From assembly GCA_963745035.1 (NCBI GenBank), contig CAVUVW010000002.1:172808-236807 (forward strand): a DNA stretch of 64,000 nucleotides, written 5' to 3'. Each line of letters starts with the position of its first letter. Position 1 is the stretch's first letter. Under the pieces are notes generated by a model. That model searched no databases and was not told the origin of the DNA. It was given only the letters and a program-made list of their open reading frames with translations. Below are positions 60,612 through 64,000 of the stretch, one piece after another. Both the position numbers and the translations under genes were made by a program. The DNA comes from an uncultured delta proteobacterium (GTDB taxonomy: Bacteria; Desulfobacterota; Binatia; UBA9968).

Positions 60612-60663
60612 CTTGCTCGAGGTTCAGAGAAGATCACGTCGAGGAGGAGCGTCATCAAGATCC

Positions 60664-62822
60664 ATGGAACAACAGGAAACGCATTGGAAAGCCCACCTCG
60701 AGGCTCTCTTTCGGCCCGCCTCGGTTGCGGTTGTGGGGCTTCGGAGAGCGGCCGCGGCGCAAGAATTATCGACAATCTTCGGCTCGTCGGCTACCCGGGT
60801 AAGATCTATGCGGTCAATCCGCGCCATGCTTCGATCAAGACCTTCCGGTGTTACCCCAGTATTTTGGCTATCGAAGAAGATATCGACGCTGTGACGATTC
60901 AGGTTCCCGCCGCTTCGGTGCCGGCGTGATGAACCAATGCGCCGAAAAGAAAGTAAAGGCCGTCGTCATCAACAGCGCCGGTTTCGCGGAAACGCAGAAT
61001 ACCGAGGGAATTGGACGCCAACGCCAAGTCCTAGAAGCCGCTGAGCACGGGAAAATTGCGGTGTGCGGACCAAATTGTCAGGGCCTATTTTCGATCTCAA
61101 ATCGATCGCCGCTTTATTTTGTCGATCTGAAATCGATTGTGAAAGAACCCGACGGCGGGAGCGGCTGCGGTGGTCTCTCAAAGCGGATCGATGCTGACGA
61201 CGCTGTTTCGCGCGGGCACACTTATGGCCTCGATTTTCAGTCATGTTATTTCCAGCGGCAATGAAGCCGTCTTGGATGTATCCAATTATCCTGGAGTATT
61301 TGCCTGACCGATGCGCAAACCAAAGTCGATGGGTCTCGTGCTGGAAGGAATTCGCGACCCGGATAACATCCGCAGAGTGGCGGCAAAGGCGCCCTTTGCG
61401 GTAAAGGTCATTGGTTCTCAAGATCGGCCGGTCCGAAAAGGGCAGACAAAGCGTTCTGGCCCATACCAGCGCGCTCGCAGGATCCGACTGACGTGCAGGA
61501 TGCGTTCTTTGAACAATATGGTTGGATACGGACTTACGACCTGGATGAACTTTAGACGACGATGGCGGCTTTTGTCCGGGGCGATTTACCGAAAGGGCGA
61601 AGACTCGCTGTGGTTGGGTTTTCCGGCGGCACGACCAGTCTAGTCTGCCGATCTTTGCGAGGAGATGAGATTGGATTTGCCCTCTTTGCCGGAAGAGACT
61701 GCGGCAAAGCTCAACGGGGAATTGCGCGGCTTTCTTTCGCCAAAAAACCCGCTGGATCTAGGCGGGCCAAATCCCGCTTGGGCGGAAAGCGTGCAAAGCT
61801 GTATTGGCATCTTGGGCGAAACCGGAGATTTCGACATGGCCGTGCTGCTTTCGGCTCGAGGCGAGGAAACCTATGTGCCGGTTTTAGAGGCGGCCGCGAA
61901 AGCTGCGCAGAGCAAGCGCATGCCGTTCGCCCATTTATTATCCGTTTCCGGGCCGGTCGCCGATAGTTTGAAAGACAAAGCGCAGGAGATGAAGGTTCCG
62001 TTGCTGCAGGATCTTCGGCGGGGATTACAAAGCATTCGACATTTGATCGAATATTCGGAGTTCAAGAACCGCGCGCGATTGAAAGACGTTGCGCCGGAAC
62101 AAAGAAACATCCCGGCGCTCGCCAGGGAAATGCTCAAAGGCAGGAGCATTCTAGGAGAACGGCAAGCCAAAAAGCTCCTGTCGCTTTATGGCATTCCGGT
62201 AACGCCCGAAGGATCCGCCAGCAACTTAAATGATGCCATGCGCCTCGCGGGTGAGATCGGTTACCCGGTCGCGCTCAAGATCGATTCGCCGGATATCACG
62301 CATAAGACCGACGTCGGCGGAGTTCACTTGGGGATTCGCAACTCGGCTGAACTGGAATCGGGCTATGAACAGATGATCGATAGCATCACCCAAAAAGCTC
62401 CGCAGGCAGCGATCAATGGCGTTTTGGTTCAGGAGATGGTCGGTGATCATGTTGAATTGATTGTCGGGATGCAGCGCGATCCACAATTCGGTCCGGCTAT
62501 TTTGTGCGGCTTTGGCGGTGTCATGGCCGAGCTCTTGAACGATGTGTCACTGCGACTTTGCCCGCTGGACGCGCTCGATGCCGAGGATATGCTGGCAAAA
62601 CTTAAGGGCGCCAAACTACTGAGAGGATATCGCGGAGTTCCGCCGAGCGATTTGACCGCGGTAAGCGATGTGCTGGTGAAATTGTCGCAATTAGCGATTG
62701 ATTTTTCCGAAGAGATCGCCTCGATCGATATCAATCCGCTGGCGGTCTTCGCCGCAGGCAAGGGAGTACAAGCTCTCGATGCCTTGATCGTCTTGCGACC
62801 GCCGCCAGATAACGTCGGCTAA
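60664..62822 (+). CDS. ADP-forming acyl-CoA synthetase (acetate-CoA ligase family), multiple frameshifts
   Basis: LFRPASVAVVG, SAGFAE, CGPNCQG, SGG, NPLDL, ATP-grasp GYPVALKIDSPDITHKTDVGGV, DPQFGP, IDINPL. Confidence 0.85.
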
Positions 62823-62874
62823 TTCCAATTGAATAAACTGTGCGCTTAGCGATGCGCCAATCTTTGGAGGGAAA

Positions 62875-64000
62875 ATGGAGTTCCGCTTACCCGAAGAGCT
62901 GCAGATGGTCAAAGACACCGTCAGACGTTTCGTCGACAAGGAACTTATTCCGATCGAGATGCACAGTCACGAGAATAACCTATTGAAGCCTGAGATCCGG
63001 GAAAGGCTCGAGAAAATAACCAAGGAAATGGGTCTTTGGCTCATCGACGTTCCCGAGGAGTACGGCGGCGCCGAGCTTGGTCTGCTTTCCCGTGTGGTTA
63101 TTTGGGAGGAGATGGGTCGAACGATCGCTCTGCCGTCGCGCGAGCGAGGATTGTTCGGTCCCGAGGTCAAGCCGATTCTCTATAATCTCAACGAAGAACA
63201 AAAGCAGCGTTATTTTTATCCGGTGTTGCGCGGTGAAAAAACCTGCGGCTTGGCGCAAACCGAGCCGGATGCCGGGTCCGATCCGGGATCGATGAAGACC
63301 CGCGCCGTCAGGCAAGGCGATCACTACGTCATCAACGGCGTGAAGCGATTTATTACTCATGCCGATGCCGATTTCTTGCAGCTTTTGGCTGTCACCGATC
63401 CGAGTAAAGGTTCCCATGGCGGCATCTCGTGCTTTCTTGTCGATCAAGGGACGCCCGGTTTTCGCATTACCGGGCGGTTTGAAACGATGATGGGCGAACG
63501 ACCTTATGAAATCGTCTTCGAAGACTGCAAGGTTCCGGTTGCCAATTTAGTGGGCAAGGAAGGCGAAGGATTCAAGTTGGGACAAAAGCACCTCGGCGTC
63601 GGACGGTTAAGACACGGCGCCAGGGCATTGGGTGTCGCCGAGCGATGCCTCGAAATGGGCGTCAGCTATGCAAAGCAAGAGTTACTTTTGGCAAACCCCT
63701 GTCGGAAAGACAGGCCATTCAATGGAAATTGGCCGATTCATTCGTCGAGCTTCATGCCTCGCGGTTGATGGTTTACCAAGCGGCTGGAAAGCCGACCAAG
63801 GCGAGGATATCCAGCAGGAAGCTTACATCGTGGAGCTCTTCGTCGATGAAATATCTTTCGAGTCGTCGATCGGTCTTGCAGATCCACGGTGGAATCGGTC
63901 TGACCCTGGATTTCTCCTGGCGAATAGTTTCTCGATCAGCGTACCCCGTTGGTCACGGAAGGCGCTTCCGAAGTCATGCGCATAGTCATAGCCCGCCATG
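62875..64000 (+). CDS. Acyl-CoA dehydrogenase family protein (frameshifts in the 3' part, runs off the window)
   Basis: PEEYGG, AQTEPDAGSD, NGVKRFIT, GKEGEGF, QIHGG in a shifted frame. Confidence 0.9.

Overview
GC-rich bacterial chromosomal window. The gene content (several amidohydrolase_2 paralogues, orphan ABC solute-binding proteins, LLM oxidoreductase, CaiB, cupin, MetE-like) and the intergenic repeat families resemble Candidatus Binatia/Deltaproteobacteria, but that assignment is inference. I saw no rRNA, tRNA, CRISPR array, integrase or transposase. Layout: (1) 1-9.3 kb: GlxA-type regulator and methyltransferase, then an exported cluster of alpha/beta hydrolase, two paralogous signal-peptide-bearing SAM-fold proteins and a Sel1 protein with an in-frame MITE, followed by DUF4926 and a repeat/beta-propeller orphan. 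(2) 9.5-12.1 kb: HTH-PBP regulator and tupAB tungstate transporter; tupC breaks off after about 30 codons. (3) 12.1-30.2 kb: accessory general-stress/carbohydrate region with three sigma54-type promoters, two GH13 enzymes, pyruvate oxidase, a rhodopsin-less ASRT, SDR, GMC oxidoreductase, DUF763, gene remnants and several Zn-finger microproteins, including a classical C2H2 finger missed by the ORF track. (4) 30.6-64 kb: catabolic and housekeeping genes (atypical LigAB, nth, Nudix, lnt, extended deoxyhypusine-synthase-like protein, RelE-Phd TA pair, phospholipase D, acyl-CoA ligase and dehydrogenase) plus an attC-like site. Many genes carry single-base frameshifts that become denser toward the right end, most likely long-read errors.
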